Assembly (NCBI GenBank): GCA_963712425.1
Contig: CAVQHW010000001.1
Span: forward strand, 296,721 to 360,720
Length of the DNA stretch: 64,000 nucleotides
Direction: 5' to 3'
Source of the DNA: an uncultured Actinomycetota bacterium
GTDB lineage: Bacteria > Actinomycetota > Actinomycetes > JAHEKZ01
Of the stretch, positions 50,688 to 63,856 are shown in pieces; position 1 is the first letter of the stretch, and every line of letters begins with the position of its first letter. The notes below the pieces were generated by a model. The model was given only the letters and a program-made list of their open reading frames with translations. It was not told where the DNA came from and searched no databases. A program made the translations under genes and the position numbers.

Positions 50688-50749
50688 GCCGCCATCCTGC
50701 CGCCCCACCCAATCGATGGTTCGGCTGGTCGATGCGCCACGATTGGCAG

Positions 50750-51055
50750 ATGCCGACCGACAACCCCAACCAGCAGGACGGCCCCGAGCCCAGCCCGCTC
50801 CAGCGGGCGAGCGCCCCACTCTTGGTTCAGTTGTCCCGAGTGCCGAAATGGGCGCTCCTGATCGTGGTGCTGGCACTGACCATTGGCGGCCTGCTGCAAG
50901 AGAATGCGATCGGCGGCGTGATGCTGCTCGTGCTTGCCGCGTTCGCCGCCTGGCTGGCGGTGCTGGGGTGGCCGCGTATGACCCCCGTGGGCCGGCTGCT
51001 TCGGCTACTCGTGGTGGGGCTGATCCTCTACGCCGCCTTCACCCGGCTGATCTGA
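50750..51055 (+). CDS. Small membrane protein, DUF6703-like
   Basis: RASAPLL..LSRVP followed by three TM segments and WP...GRLLR. Confidence 0.75.
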   Translation: MPTDNPNQQDGPEPSPLQRASAPLLVQLSRVPKWALLIVVLALTIGGLLQENAIGGVMLLVLAAFAAWLAVLGWPRMTPVGRLLRLLVVGLILYAAFTRLI

Positions 51056-51070
51056 CCCGCGTAACGGTTT

Positions 51071-51085
51071 TGACAATCGTTTTCA
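51071..51085 (+). promoter_or_regulatory. Zur box
   Basis: tgacaatcgttttca fits TGAnAAtnnTTnTCA and lies just upstream of the zinc ABC operon that ends in zur. Confidence 0.8.
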
Positions 51086-51098
51086 TCTAGACCACAGT

Positions 51099-52022
51099 GT
51101 GGGCATGCCAGCCATGCGAGCCACTGGGCCCCGACGGGCGGCGGCGTTGGTCCTCGCTGTAGGTCTCGCCCTCCTCCTGGCCGGCTGTAGCAGCACCGAT
51201 GACTCGACACCGGACGCCGGTGCCACCCTCGACGTCGCCGCGGCGTTCTACCCGCTGCAGTACGTGGCCGAGCAGGTCGGAGGTGACGCGGTCTCTGTCA
51301 CGTCGTTGACCAAGCCGGGCGCCGAACCTCACGACCTCGAGCTTGCCCCGCAAGACGTGGTTGCTCTGAATGACGCCGACCTGACGGTGTACCTGTCTGG
51401 CTTTCAGCCAGCACTGGACGACGCCGTGGCCGAAGGGACCGAGGGTGAGGTGCTTGATGTGAGCAGCTCCGCCGACCTCACGCTCACCGATGACGACGGG
51501 GCCACCGACCCCCACTTCTGGCTCGACCCGATGCGACTGGCCGATGTTGCTGACGCGGTCGCCGCAGAGCTTGCTGACAGCGCCCCGGAACACGCCGCTG
51601 AGTTCGAACAGAATGCCGCAGCACTGCGAGACGAGCTCGTCGCACTCGACCGCGAGTTCGCCGCCGGACTCAAGACCTGCGACAGCCGCCTCTTGGTCAC
51701 CAGCCACGCCGCGTTCGGATACCTCGCTGATGCGTACGACCTGGATCAGGTGGGTCTCACGGGTTTGACGCCTGAAGCAGAGCCGGCACCTTCAGACCTC
51801 GCCGAGGTCACAGACATTGTTCGCGACAACGACGTCCAGACCATCTTCTACGAGACGCTGGTCAGCCCAGACGTGGCCGAGACCGTTGCATCGTCAACGG
51901 GGGCGTCCACGGCTGTGCTCGACCCGATCGAGGGCCTCACCGATGCTTCAGCGGGGGCCGACTACATCGAGGTCATGCAATCGAACCTGACCAGCCTGCG
52001 CGACGGGCTCCCCTGCCGATGA
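51099..52022 (+). CDS. znuA: Zinc ABC substrate-binding lipoprotein (ZnuA/AdcA-like)
   Basis: LLAGC lipobox, EPHDLEL, DPHFWLDP, TSHAAFGYL, EAEP, LDPIEG. Confidence 0.92.
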   Translation: MGMPAMRATGPRRAAALVLAVGLALLLAGCSSTDDSTPDAGATLDVAAAFYPLQYVAEQVGGDAVSVTSLTKPGAEPHDLELAPQDVVALNDADLTVYLSGFQPALDDAVAEGTEGEVLDVSSSADLTLTDDDGATDPHFWLDPMRLADVADAVAAELADSAPEHAAEFEQNAAALRDELVALDREFAAGLKTCDSRLLVTSHAAFGYLADAYDLDQVGLTGLTPEAEPAPSDLAEVTDIVRDNDVQTIFYETLVSPDVAETVASSTGASTAVLDPIEGLTDASAGADYIEVMQSNLTSLRDGLPCR

Positions 52023-52795
52023 CGTCGCAGCTGGTCCACCTGAGTCGAGCCACCATTGGCTACGACGACACTGTCGTACTCAGCGAGATCGACGTCACGA
52101 TCAACCGCGGTGACTTCACCGCCATCGTCGGCCCCAACGGAGCGGGTAAGTCGACGCTGGTCAAGGCGATTCTTGGCCTCGTGAGCCTGACATCCGGCAA
52201 CCTCGAGCTGTTCGGCGTTCCCCCTCGCGACTTCGCCGATCGTTGGCGGATCGGGTATGTGCCCCAACGCCAGAGCGTGGGGGGTCCGATCCCTGCCACG
52301 GTTCGCGAAGTCGTCGCGAGCGGACGCCTCACTCGCCGCGGCGTGCTGCGTTGGCCGACGTCGGCTGATCGCGAAGCCGTGGACGCCGCAATGCAGCGCG
52401 TCGGCATCGATCAACTCGCGCGCCGCCCAGTGCACCGACTCTCCGGAGGCCAACAACGGCGCGTTCTGATTGCACGCGCGCTTGCGGGTGACGCCGACCT
52501 GCTGCTCCTCGACGAACCCACCGCCGGGATCGATGTCGAGTCGCAAGCCGCCCTCGTGGACGTGCTCGGCGAACTGCGCGCCGCCGGCGTCACCGTTGCG
52601 GTTGTCACACACGACCTACAGCCATTCGCTGACCACCTCACCAGGGTGATCTGGGTCAGCCGCGGTCAGATCAGCTACGACGGTCAGCCAACCGCCGACA
52701 TTGTCGCTGCCGCCAGCGAACCGTTCGCCCACCACGATCACTCCGCCGAGACCCCACGCGACTCGATGCCAGACGACCTTCGAACGGGGCCATGA
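52019..52795 (+). CDS. znuC: Zinc ABC ATP-binding protein
   Basis: GPNGAGKS, IGYVPQ, LSGGQQRR, LLDEPTAG, VTHD. Confidence 0.92.
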   Translation: MTSQLVHLSRATIGYDDTVVLSEIDVTINRGDFTAIVGPNGAGKSTLVKAILGLVSLTSGNLELFGVPPRDFADRWRIGYVPQRQSVGGPIPATVREVVASGRLTRRGVLRWPTSADREAVDAAMQRVGIDQLARRPVHRLSGGQQRRVLIARALAGDADLLLLDEPTAGIDVESQAALVDVLGELRAAGVTVAVVTHDLQPFADHLTRVIWVSRGQISYDGQPTADIVAAASEPFAHHDHSAETPRDSMPDDLRTGP

Positions 52796-52796
52796 C

Positions 52797-53634
52797 ATGG
52801 AGTTCTTGCAGTACGACTTCATGCAACGGGCGCTGGTCGCTGCGGTGCTCGTGGGCCTCGCTGCCCCCAGCGTCGGCATCTTCTTGGTGCAGCGACGCCT
52901 CGCTTTGATGGGAGACGGCATGGGGCACGTGGCGCTCACAGGTGTCGCCTTGGGCCTGCTGCTGGGCTGGGCGCCGGTTGGGGTGGCGCTAGTGGCGGCG
53001 GCGTCCGGAGCCATCATCATCGAGTTGCTGCGCGATCGTGGTCGCACGACTAGTGACCTCGCACTCGCCATCATGTTCTACGGGGGTATCGCTGGCGGTG
53101 TGGTCATCATCGCCAAGGCCCCCGGCGAGACCGCGATCAGTTTGAACCAGTACCTGTTCGGCGCGATCACGACGACCTCGTCGGGTGACCTCTGGGTGTT
53201 CGCAGGCCTCTCGGTCACCGTGCTGACGGTGACTCTGCTGCTGTCGAGGCAACTGTTCGCAGTCGCCAACGACGAGGAGTTCGCCCGCGCAAGCGGCATG
53301 CCCGTGCTGGGGCTCAACCTCACCCTCGCGATCCTCACGGCGACGACCGTTGTCGTCTCAATGCGGATCGTTGGGCTGCTTCTGATTAGTGCGCTGATGG
53401 TGGTACCTGTCGCCACCGCGCAGCTCATCTCTGGCAGCTTCCGCATGGCGATGACCTACTCGCTTGCGATCGGTCTCGCATGCGCCGTGGTCGGTGTCTC
53501 TGCCTCGTACTACACCAACACGCCTTCGGGTGGGTCGATCGTTCTCACGGCCATCGCAGTATTCGCCGTCGCCGCGATCGTGACCGGTGTGATCGCGACG
53601 TCGTCCTCTGAGACGACGAGAGGCGGCATCGTGA
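52797..53634 (+). CDS. znuB: Zinc ABC permease; 3' end probably frameshifted
   Basis: FMQRAL, LMGDGMGHVAL, YLFG, VGLLLISALMVVP. A plausible end [11 protein letters not shown] at 53634 needs one frame change; the ORF as given runs to 53756. Confidence 0.88.
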
Positions 53635-54048
53635 CACACGAGCACGCACGCGTCAGTACCGCAGCGATCAACGCGTCAGCGACGAGCGGTTCAGGATCTG
53701 CTCGACACCATCGACGAGTTCAGCAGCGCCCAAGAGATCCATGCTCGACTGCGTAAGGCAGGTTCGAACGTCGGACTGACGACGGTGTACCGGGCCCTGC
53801 AGGCCATGGCCGCAGCCGGTCAGGTCGATGTCTTGCGCCCGGACGACGGAGAGGCGCGCTACCGCCGCTGCACGCCAGAGCACCATCACCACCTGGTCTG
53901 TCGCCTGTGCGGTCGCACCCTGGAGGTTGACAGCCCAGCACTTGAGCAATGGGCGGACGACATGGGCGCCCACCATGGGTTTACCGAGATCAGTCACACC
54001 CTCGAGATCTTCGGCGTCTGTGGTGAGTGTGGTTCGGCAGACGACTAG
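53631..54048 (+). CDS. zur: Zinc uptake regulator (Fur family); 5' end frameshifted
   Basis: [10 protein letters not shown]...SAQEIH...[34 protein letters not shown]. No in-frame start codon upstream of the STRQ motif. Confidence 0.88.
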
Positions 54049-54836
54049 CTAAGGGGCGTCTGATCGGCCCCGCCGTAGCGGCGGTCGCGCGAGGCGTACT
54101 GCTCGATGGCCTTCCACAGATGGCGCCGGTCGACGTCTGGCCATAGTTCGTCGAGAAACACCAACTCGGCATAGGCGCTCTGCCACAGCATGAAGTTGGA
54201 TATCCGTTGCTCGCCGGACGACCGGATGAACAGGTCGACGTCGGGTAGCGACGGTTCGTCAAGAAACCGTGCCACGGTTCGTTCGTCAACTCGCGTCGGA
54301 TCAATGCGCCCTTCAGCTGCCGCCCACGCGATGGACGCAGCGGCGTCCGCGATCTCAGCGCGTCCTCCATAGTTGACGCACATCGTGAGCGTCAGCGTCG
54401 AGTTTCCCTCGGTAAGGCGCTCGGCTTCTTCAAGTTCTTTGATGACGCTCTTCCAGAGCCGGCGTCGGCGCCCTGCCCACCGGACGCGTACGCCCATCTC
54501 GTGCATCTCGTCGCGCCGCCTTCTGATGACGTCGCGGTTGAAGCCCATCAGAAAGCGCACTTCGTCTGGTGAGCGTTTCCAGTTCTCGGTACTGAAGGCG
54601 TAGGCGGAAATGTGCTTAACGCCGATCTCAATGGCTCCCTCGACGAGGTCAAAGAGCGCGGCCTCACCCGCCTTGTGCCCCTCAGTGCGAGGTAGCCCAC
54701 GGTGCTTGGCCCATCGTCCGTTGCCGTCCATCACGACAGCCACATGTCGCGGCACCAGATCGCTGTCGATTCGTGGCGGGGATACGCCCGAGGGGTGCGG
54801 GTTCGGGGGTCGCACCGGCTGTCGTCGCTTGGTCAC
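54045..54836 (-). CDS. uppS: Isoprenyl transferase (undecaprenyl/decaprenyl diphosphate synthase)
   Basis: [41 protein letters not shown]. Confidence 0.96.
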   Translation of the reverse strand: MTKRRQPVRPPNPHPSGVSPPRIDSDLVPRHVAVVMDGNGRWAKHRGLPRTEGHKAGEAALFDLVEGAIEIGVKHISAYAFSTENWKRSPDEVRFLMGFNRDVIRRRRDEMHEMGVRVRWAGRRRRLWKSVIKELEEAERLTEGNSTLTLTMCVNYGGRAEIADAAASIAWAAAEGRIDPTRVDERTVARFLDEPSLPDVDLFIRSSGEQRISNFMLWQSAYAELVFLDELWPDVDRRHLWKAIEQYASRDRRYGGADQTPLS

Positions 54837-55564
54837 GATCGCTCTACCAGCCGCAGAGAGCGCAACCCTCGCTCAAGGTGCCACTGCGTGTATGCCGCGA
54901 CAATGCCGGTGCTCTCGCGCAGATGACGTGGCTCTGCGGTGTCCACCACCTGCCAGTCGCCAGTCAGCAAGGCTGACAGCACCTCCAGCGCAGCAGCGCT
55001 CACGGTTGCCGCTCCGGCTGGACGGTCGTCGCTGCACACCGAGCCACCCGCCTCGACCGACAGCCAGCGGTGTGGGCCAGCGGCACCACACCGCGTGCAG
55101 GCATCGAAGCTCGCCGCGTAGCCGGCAACCGCGAGGGAGCGCAGCAGGTACGAGTCAAGAACCGAACCCGCCTGGTGCTCCCCAGCGGAAAGAGCCCGAA
55201 GGCCACCAACCATCAGCAGGTACTGCTGGACTGCGGGCTCCTTCTCGACGTCAGTCAGCCGTTCAGCGGTTTCGAGCATGGCCGTACCGGCCGTGTAGCG
55301 GGCGTAGTCACTAGCGATGTCGGCGCCGTACGAAGCCAGCGACTCAACCTGCGTGACGATGTCGAGTGAGCGGCCGGTGTAGAACTGCGCGTCGACGTGA
55401 GTGAAGGGCTCGAGCCGCGACCCAAACTTGGACGACGTACGACGCACCCCTTTGCCAACCGCGCGTACACGTCCGTGTTCGCGTGTCAGCACCGTGACGA
55501 TGCGGTCTGCCTCACCCAGCTTCTGGGTGCGCAGAACGACGCCTTCGTCTCGATACAGACTCAC
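54833..55564 (-). CDS. recO: DNA repair protein RecO
   Basis: [29 protein letters not shown]-terminal CTRC...CSD. Confidence 0.96.
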   Translation of the reverse strand: MSLYRDEGVVLRTQKLGEADRIVTVLTREHGRVRAVGKGVRRTSSKFGSRLEPFTHVDAQFYTGRSLDIVTQVESLASYGADIASDYARYTAGTAMLETAERLTDVEKEPAVQQYLLMVGGLRALSAGEHQAGSVLDSYLLRSLAVAGYAASFDACTRCGAAGPHRWLSVEAGGSVCSDDRPAGAATVSAAALEVLSALLTGDWQVVDTAEPRHLRESTGIVAAYTQWHLERGLRSLRLVERS

Positions 55565-55618
55565 CGTGTCATTCTCTCCCGGCCTGACTCCGACTATGAC
55601 CTCGGACGCGGCGTGCCG

Positions 55619-57473
<1,855 letters not shown>

Positions 57474-57551
57474 CTCGATGAGTGTACCCCAGGGCCGTCG
57501 CCCCCGGCGTGCATGACCACGGGGGGCCAGGCGGTCGGCTACGGTCGCTCC

Positions 57552-58767
57552 ATGAGCGGAACGACCCCGCCGGACGCCGCGGCGTCTAGGCGTGACTCCA
57601 GCGCACGTCGTACCGCACGAGTCGTTGCCGCTGCCGTCTCCGACCCTCGGCTGATCCGTCAGCTCGCGATCGCCGTGATCGGGGTGGTGCTGTTCCTGCA
57701 GGTCTTCGAGTGGCTCTTTGGCGGCACCAAGCACTTGCTGTTCCTCTTGCTGCTGGCATGGATCTTCGCGATCGCGATGGAGCCTGCAGTCTCGTGGCTG
57801 GCCCGCAGGGGCTGGCGCCGCGGTGCAGCGACCGGCACGGTCATGATCGGCCTGTTCCTCGCGATCGTCGCGTTCTTTGCCATCTTCGGCACGATCTTCG
57901 TTGAGCAGATCGTCAGCCTGGTCCAAGACCTTCCGGACCAACTGACCGGCCTCGTCGACTGGGTCAACAACACGTTCAACACCGATTTCGACGCCGAGAA
58001 GATCATCTCCGAGCTGCAGATCACGCAGGAGCAGGTGACTGAGTGGGCACAGACACTCGGCCTCGGCATCTTCGGATTCCTCACGTCGCTGCTCGGCATC
58101 GTCTTCGACTTGTTCACCATCCTGCTGTTCGCCTTCTACTTCTCAGCCGACGGCCCCCGGGTGCGTAAGACGGTGGCGTCCTGGTTGCCACAGCACAGTC
58201 AGCGGGTGGCACACCAAGTGTGGGAGATCGCCATCGAGAAGACCGGTGGCTACGTGCTGTCGCGACTCGTTCTGGCGTTCATCTCCGCCTTCTTTACGTC
58301 GATCTTCCTGTTCATCATGGATGTTCCGTTCTGGTTGCCACTCGGTATCTGGACGGGGGTGGTCTCGCAGTTCATTCCCACCATCGGCACCTACCTCGGT
58401 GGTGCACTCCCAGCAATCTTTGCGTTCAGCAGTAGCACGTGGGACGGCATTTTCGTCATCGCCTTCCTTGCCGTGTACCAGCAGATCGAGAACTACCTGT
58501 TCGCGCCCCGCATCAGCAAGCGAACGATGAACATCCATCCGGCCGTGGCCTTTGGCGCGGTAATTGTCGGCGCCGCGCTGGGCGGAGCCATGGGCGCACT
58601 CATCGCGATTCCCATCGTGGCGAGCATCCAGGCGATCGTCGAGACGTATGGGCGCCGCTACGAGTTGATCCCAGAGATCGAGCACCATGATGCGGGCGAG
58701 GTGCTGGTCGGGGCCGCCCTCCAGCGCCGAGACCAAGGACGAGCCAGAGGGCGACAGGGAGCCCTAG
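57552..58767 (+). CDS. AI-2E family transporter; frameshift at about 58710 (real stop probably 58767)
   Basis: SQFIPTIGTYLG, YQQIENYLFAPRI, HPAV, GALIAIP. The alternative-frame tail PSSAETKDEPEGDREP* ends at the CTAG shared with the era stop. Confidence 0.85.
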
Positions 58768-59681
58768 TCGAAGCCGAGTCGCCGAAGTTGCTTCGGGTCG
58801 GTTTGCCAGTCCTTTGCGATCTTCACGTGCAGGTCAAGGTAGATGGGGACTCCCAGCAGCGCTTCGATGTCACGACGTGCGGTCTGGCCGACATCGCGCA
58901 GCCGAGCGCCCTGGTGTCCGATGACGATCGCCTTCTGACTCGATCGCTCGACATACATCGTTGCGTGCACATCGGTCAGTGGTCTGTCGAGCGGTCGATT
59001 CTCACGGGGGACGATCTCGTCGACCACCACCGCGAGGGAGTGCGGAAGCTCGTCTCGCACACCTTCGAGGGCGGCTTCGCGAATGAGCTCGGCAATCCGC
59101 ACGTCCTGGGGCTCATCGGTCACCTGCCCCTCCGGAAAGAATGCAGCGCCTTCCGGCAACAACGTGAGCAAGAGGTCGACAAGCAACTCCACCTGGTCAC
59201 CAGTGCGCGCCGATATGGGCACCACCTCGTCCCACTCGAAGCCGTTCTGCTCGGCGAGGGCAGCAACCGCCGCTAGGTGGGCGAGCAGCTGCTCGGGTTT
59301 GACCGTGTCGGTCTTGGTGACTGCTGCCACCTTGGGAGCGCGGCGGATCTTGGCAGCTTCGGCGGTGATCCGCCGGTCCCCAGGCCCGATCGCTTCGTTG
59401 GCTGGCAAGGTCACGACGACGACATCGACGTCTGCGAGCGCAGCACGAACCTCATCGTTCAGTCGCTGCCCCAGCAGGGTTCTCGGCTTGTGAAGCCCTG
59501 GCGTGTCAACAAGTACCAGCTGACCGTTGGGGCGATGAACTACGCCTCGAATTACATGGCGGGTCGTCTGCGGCTTACTCGACGTGATGGCGACCTTCTC
59601 GCCTGCGAGGGCGTTGACCAACGTCGACTTGCCGGTATTGGGACGGCCAACCACAGATACCAGCCCAGACGTGTAGGTCAC
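58764..59681 (-). CDS. era: GTPase Era
   Basis: GRPNTGKST, KPQTTR, DTPG, TKTD, EELPH-like DELPHS, KH domain RSSQKAIVIG. Confidence 0.97.
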   Translation of the reverse strand: MTYTSGLVSVVGRPNTGKSTLVNALAGEKVAITSSKPQTTRHVIRGVVHRPNGQLVLVDTPGLHKPRTLLGQRLNDEVRAALADVDVVVVTLPANEAIGPGDRRITAEAAKIRRAPKVAAVTKTDTVKPEQLLAHLAAVAALAEQNGFEWDEVVPISARTGDQVELLVDLLLTLLPEGAAFFPEGQVTDEPQDVRIAELIREAALEGVRDELPHSLAVVVDEIVPRENRPLDRPLTDVHATMYVERSSQKAIVIGHQGARLRDVGQTARRDIEALLGVPIYLDLHVKIAKDWQTDPKQLRRLGFD

Positions 59682-59841
59682 CGGTTGATCTTAGGTGCAC
59701 TGACGCCTAGCCTCGACGGCATGGTGACCCGGCGGCGAGCACTGCAGAAGTTGCGCCTGCCGTCCTATGCGTGCTGTGACAGCGAGGAACTGAGCACCGG
59801 TTGATCCAACCGGCCAGTCCCTTCTCACGCACGGAGCTCCA

Positions 59842-60789
59842 ATGTTGCACCCCTTCGCCCTACTGACCCTTGCAGCAGCCTGTTGGGGCTTCGGAACCGT
59901 CGTTAGCAAGCAGGCACTCGACCAGTTCGAACCAGTACCACTCCTCATCGTCCAGTTGAGCGTCAGCGTGCTAGCGGTTGCGCTGTTCCATTGGTGGCAC
60001 TTACGACGCCTCACCGAACAACCCTCGCAACGTCCCAGCATTCGTGCCGCGGCGCTCGGCGTGCTGAACCCCGGGATCGCCTACGCCCTTGGCCTGGCAG
60101 GGCTTGCCACAATCACGGCTAGCACTGCGGTCGTGCTGTGGGCCTCCGAACCCGCCTTGATCGCCCTGTTAGCAGTCGTGATCCTTCGCGAGCGGCTCAC
60201 GGCATTGCTCAGCGTCGCACTCGTGATCGCGCTCAGTGGCATGGTGCTCGTCGTCTACTCGGGAGACCTTGCCGGCAACGGCGTTGGAGTGGCCCTGACG
60301 TTCGGCGCGGTCCTTGCTTGTGCCATCTACACCGTGCTGGCCAGAGTTCTCGTGGTTGACACCTCAGCCGTTCGAGTCACCCTCTATCAACAACTTGCCG
60401 CCCTTGCCTTCGCCTTCGTCTTTGCAGGTGCGGTTCTCGTCGCCATCGACGGTTCGTGGATTGGCCTGGGCGAGGTGACTGCCTCGGGCTGGGTCATTGC
60501 AGTTGTGTCAGGTGTCCTGTACTACGGCTTGGCGTTTGCGTTCTACCTGACTGCGCTACAGCGTGTTCCTGCCTCTGTCGCTGGCCTGTTTCTCACCTTG
60601 GTTCCGGTGTTTGGCTTGTCTGGCGCCATCATCACCGGCGAGTCGCTGGAGCCACACCAGTGGGTCGGTGCTGCCCTCGTCGTGGGTTCGGTTGCTTTGG
60701 TGGCGACTACGACTGGACGAGGATCACGCGGACGCCGTCCCCAGCCAGATCGCGAAGCGCCGCCTGTCCGTCAGGATCAACCTGAGTGA
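59842..60789 (+). CDS. EamA/DMT family transporter
   Basis: Two EamA repeats (ACWGFG...; ASEP; LVPVFG; WVGAALVV). Confidence 0.9.
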   Translation: MLHPFALLTLAAACWGFGTVVSKQALDQFEPVPLLIVQLSVSVLAVALFHWWHLRRLTEQPSQRPSIRAAALGVLNPGIAYALGLAGLATITASTAVVLWASEPALIALLAVVILRERLTALLSVALVIALSGMVLVVYSGDLAGNGVGVALTFGAVLACAIYTVLARVLVVDTSAVRVTLYQQLAALAFAFVFAGAVLVAIDGSWIGLGEVTASGWVIAVVSGVLYYGLAFAFYLTALQRVPASVAGLFLTLVPVFGLSGAIITGESLEPHQWVGAALVVGSVALVATTTGRGSRGRRPQPDREAPPVRQDQPE

Positions 60790-61048
60790 GTCCCGCTGGG
60801 CCAACGACCGCGATCGCCTCCACCCCTCGCGCTCCGGCCGCAACAGCCTGCGCCACCGTGGCTTGCACTGCCGACAGCTGGAGCGACGGCAGGGCGACAG
60901 CGGCAGACGCATACGTGCGGCCGGTCTCGTCTCGCAGTGCGGCACCCTCGGGTGCTGCGACTCGACTGCGTGCCCCGCGAGCGAGAGTGACGAGCTTGGT
61001 GTCTTCAGCGTCGAGTTGTTCGACGTCGCTGAGTCGTTCGTCAGGCAT
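60707..61048 (-). CDS. Cytidine-deaminase-fold protein lacking zinc motifs (Rv2365c-like)
   Basis: GAALRDETGRTY, LSAVQATVAQAV; positioned between hlyC and era; no C/HAE or PCxxC motif. Confidence 0.8.
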   Translation of the reverse strand: MPDERLSDVEQLDAEDTKLVTLARGARSRVAAPEGAALRDETGRTYASAAVALPSLQLSAVQATVAQAVAAGARGVEAIAVVGPAGLTQVDPDGQAALRDLAGDGVRVILVQS

Positions 61049-62358
61049 GCTCAGCCCTCGTCGCGACGTCCGTGTCTGCCTCTACCAGCCGGGTGACAAC
61101 GATCGTGCCCACCTGATTGCGCCGCCCCATGGCTGATTCGGCCCGCAGGCGCAAGCCGCCGACTTCGATCGCCGCGCCAGGAATCGGCACCTTGCCGAGG
61201 AACTTCGCCAGCAATCCACCGACCGTGTCGACGTCGTCCAGCACTTCATCGTCGAGGTGGACGCCCAATACGTCGACGAGATCATCGACGTGTAGGCGGG
61301 CGCTCACCCGCACCATGTCGTCGTCGATCCGCTCGATCGTCGGCCCCGTTTCCGCGTCATACTCGTCGGCGATCTCACCGACGATCTCCTCGAGGATGTC
61401 CTCGATGGTGACGAGGCCGGCGACGCCGCCGTACTCATCCACGACGATGGAAATGTGGGTGCGACTTCCCTGCATCTCGCGGAGCAACTCATCTGCCGAG
61501 CGACTATCGGGGACAAAGAACGCCGGACGCATCACAGACTCGACCTTCTGCGTCGACTCCGCCTCACGGTGATCAAACGCGCGCTTGGCCACATCCTTGA
61601 GATACACGATCCCGACGACATCGTCTTCGTTGTCGCCGATCACTGGGATGCGACTGAATCCACTACGCAACCCCAGCGACAGCGCCTGCCGCAGCGTCTT
61701 GTCCCGTTCGATGAAGACCATGTCAGTGCGAGGGACCATCACCTCACGAGCAAGGGTCTCGCCAAGCTCGAACACCGAGTGGATCATCTGGCGTTCTTGG
61801 TCTTGAATCAGACGAATGCTCCTCGGCGAGATCGACGAGGTCGCGCAACTCGGCTTCACTAGCGAACGGTCCGTCGCGGAAGCCCTTTCCTGGCGTAAGG
61901 GCATTGCCGAGGAGGATGAGCACCTTGGTGAGCGGCGAGAGCACGGTGGCAAGGCGATAGATGAAGGGGGCCGTGACAAGCGCGATGCGAGCAGCGTGCT
62001 GTCTGCCGAGCGTGCGGGGCGCAACACCCACAACGACGTAGTCGACAACCACCATCACGGTGGCCGCTACCAACACTGCCTCCCACCTGGTGTCGAACAC
62101 ATCGATGCAGACAACGGTGACGAGGACGACACCGCTGATCCGCGCAACTGCTCGCAGGAACAACGCCACATTGACGTAGCGCGCGGGGTCTCCGAGCACG
62201 GCACGCAACGATTCGACGCCGCGACGCCCCTGCCGCTCGTAGGTATCAACGCTCACGCGGGAGACTCGGTTGATGGCGGCGTCCGCCGCTGACAACACCC
62301 CGGCGACACCCACCAGAGCCGCCGCAGCGACGAGCAGCCAGATGTCGTTGGTGGTCAC
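61041..62358 (-). CDS. HlyC/CorC hemolysin-family CBS-domain protein; frameshift at about 61812
   Basis: N-terminal TM (CNNM) domain in ORF 61744-62358; REVMVPRTD, GFSRIPV, VVDEYGG, EDILEEIVGEI in ORF 61041-62048. Confidence 0.9.
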
Positions 62359-62810
62359 GAGGTGCTCACAACCGTGAACGCACCCAGCAGGCGAGATTGC
62401 AGCCCGAACATCTCACGCTCTTCCTCGGGTTCGTGGTGGTCGTAGCCCAGCAAGTGAAGCACGCCGTGGACGCAGAGCAGTCGCAGCTCAGACGCGGTGT
62501 CGTGACCAGCCTCGCGCGCCTGCGCCTCGGCAATAGTCGGGCACAACACGACATCGCCAACCAGCTCCGAGTCGACGCCCTCAGCCAGCTCACTTTCGAG
62601 GTCATCCATAGGAAACGCCAGGACATCGGTGGGGCCAGGCTCACCCATGTACTGCTCGTGCAGCCGACTCATCGTCGGCTCGTCAACGAACATCAAGGAC
62701 AGTTCCGCCTCGGGGTTGACGTCCATCTCATCGAGGACGAATAGCGCGAGGCGACTCAGCTCGGCTTCGTCGACAACGACGCCTGACTCGTTGCTGACAA
62801 CCACGCTCAT
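62355..62810 (-). CDS. ybeY: rRNA maturation RNase YbeY
   Basis: GPTDVLAFP, GDVVLC, HGVLHLLGYDH. Confidence 0.96.
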   Translation of the reverse strand: MSVVVSNESGVVVDEAELSRLALFVLDEMDVNPEAELSLMFVDEPTMSRLHEQYMGEPGPTDVLAFPMDDLESELAEGVDSELVGDVVLCPTIAEAQAREAGHDTASELRLLCVHGVLHLLGYDHHEPEEEREMFGLQSRLLGAFTVVSTS

Positions 62811-63856
62811 CGGGCACCTCGCGGCCGTCTGGCCGATCCGTGTTGGTCCCCTTGTTCGCTGTCGAACCTGCCATAGGCCTCGACGATGTCGCTGACTAGC
62901 CGATGGCGCACCACGTCTCGTGACGTCAACTGAGTGAAGTGGACGTCGTCGATGCCTTCCAAGATCCCGCGCACCACCTTTAGCCCGCTGTGCGTGCCGC
63001 CGGGCAGGTCGATCTGGGTGATGTCACCAGTGACCACCATCTTCGAGCCGAAACCCAATCGGGTCAGGAACATCTTCATCTGCTCCGGTGACGTGTTCTG
63101 TGCCTCGTCCAAGATGATGAAGGCGTCGTTCAAGGTTCGGCCCCGCATGTACGCGAGCGGCGCCACCTCGATAGCGCCCTCAGTCATCAACCGCGGTATT
63201 GACGCCGGCTCCATCATGTCGTGCAGTGCGTCGTAGAGCGGCCGAAGGTAGGGGTCGATCTTCTCAGACAGGGTGCCTGGCAAGAACCCCAGTCGCTCCC
63301 CCGCCTCAACAGCTGGTCTCGTCAAAATGATCCGAGTGATCTGCTTGGCCTGTAGCGCCTGCACCGCCTTCGCAACGGCGAGGTACGTCTTGCCGGTTCC
63401 GGCCGGGCCGACCGAGAACGTGATGGTGTTCTTGTCGATGGCGTCGACGTATCGCTTCTGATTCAGAGTCTTGGCTGTGATCGTCTTTCCGCGGTTGCTC
63501 AGGATGTTGTGCGTGAGCACGTCTGCGGGGCTTTCCTCTTCGCGGTCGCGCAGCATCGCCACCGACCGACCCACTGCCTCGACGCTGAGTCCTTGACCCG
63601 TACGCACGACGGCCACCATCTCGTCGACGAGCTGTTCGACCAGTGCGACTTCTGAGGCGGCACCGACGAAACGCATCTCGTTGCCTCTGACGTGAATGTC
63701 AACGTCGGGAAACTGACGTTCGATCTCGCGGAGAAACGCGTCGCCCGACCCCAACAGACTGACCATGTCGAGGCTGCTCGGTACGACGACGCGATGCTCA
63801 GCGGTGGCCACAGCCGGCCGGGCCTCCGGGGGCCTGCTTGGTGTGCTCTCTGACAT
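62807..63856 (-). CDS. phoH: PhoH family protein
   Basis: [49 protein letters not shown]. Start at ATG 63856 inferred. Confidence 0.96.
   Translation of the reverse strand: MSESTPSRPPEARPAVATAEHRVVVPSSLDMVSLLGSGDAFLREIERQFPDVDIHVRGNEMRFVGAASEVALVEQLVDEMVAVVRTGQGLSVEAVGRSVAMLRDREEESPADVLTHNILSNRGKTITAKTLNQKRYVDAIDKNTITFSVGPAGTGKTYLAVAKAVQALQAKQITRIILTRPAVEAGERLGFLPGTLSEKIDPYLRPLYDALHDMMEPASIPRLMTEGAIEVAPLAYMRGRTLNDAFIILDEAQNTSPEQMKMFLTRLGFGSKMVVTGDITQIDLPGGTHSGLKVVRGILEGIDDVHFTQLTSRDVVRHRLVSDIVEAYGRFDSEQGDQHGSARRPRGAR

Noticed and set aside
58768-59276. Apparent 500-bp overlap of the AI-2E ORF with era
   Set aside because: Explained by one frameshift near 58710; the corrected gene stops at the CTAG shared with era.
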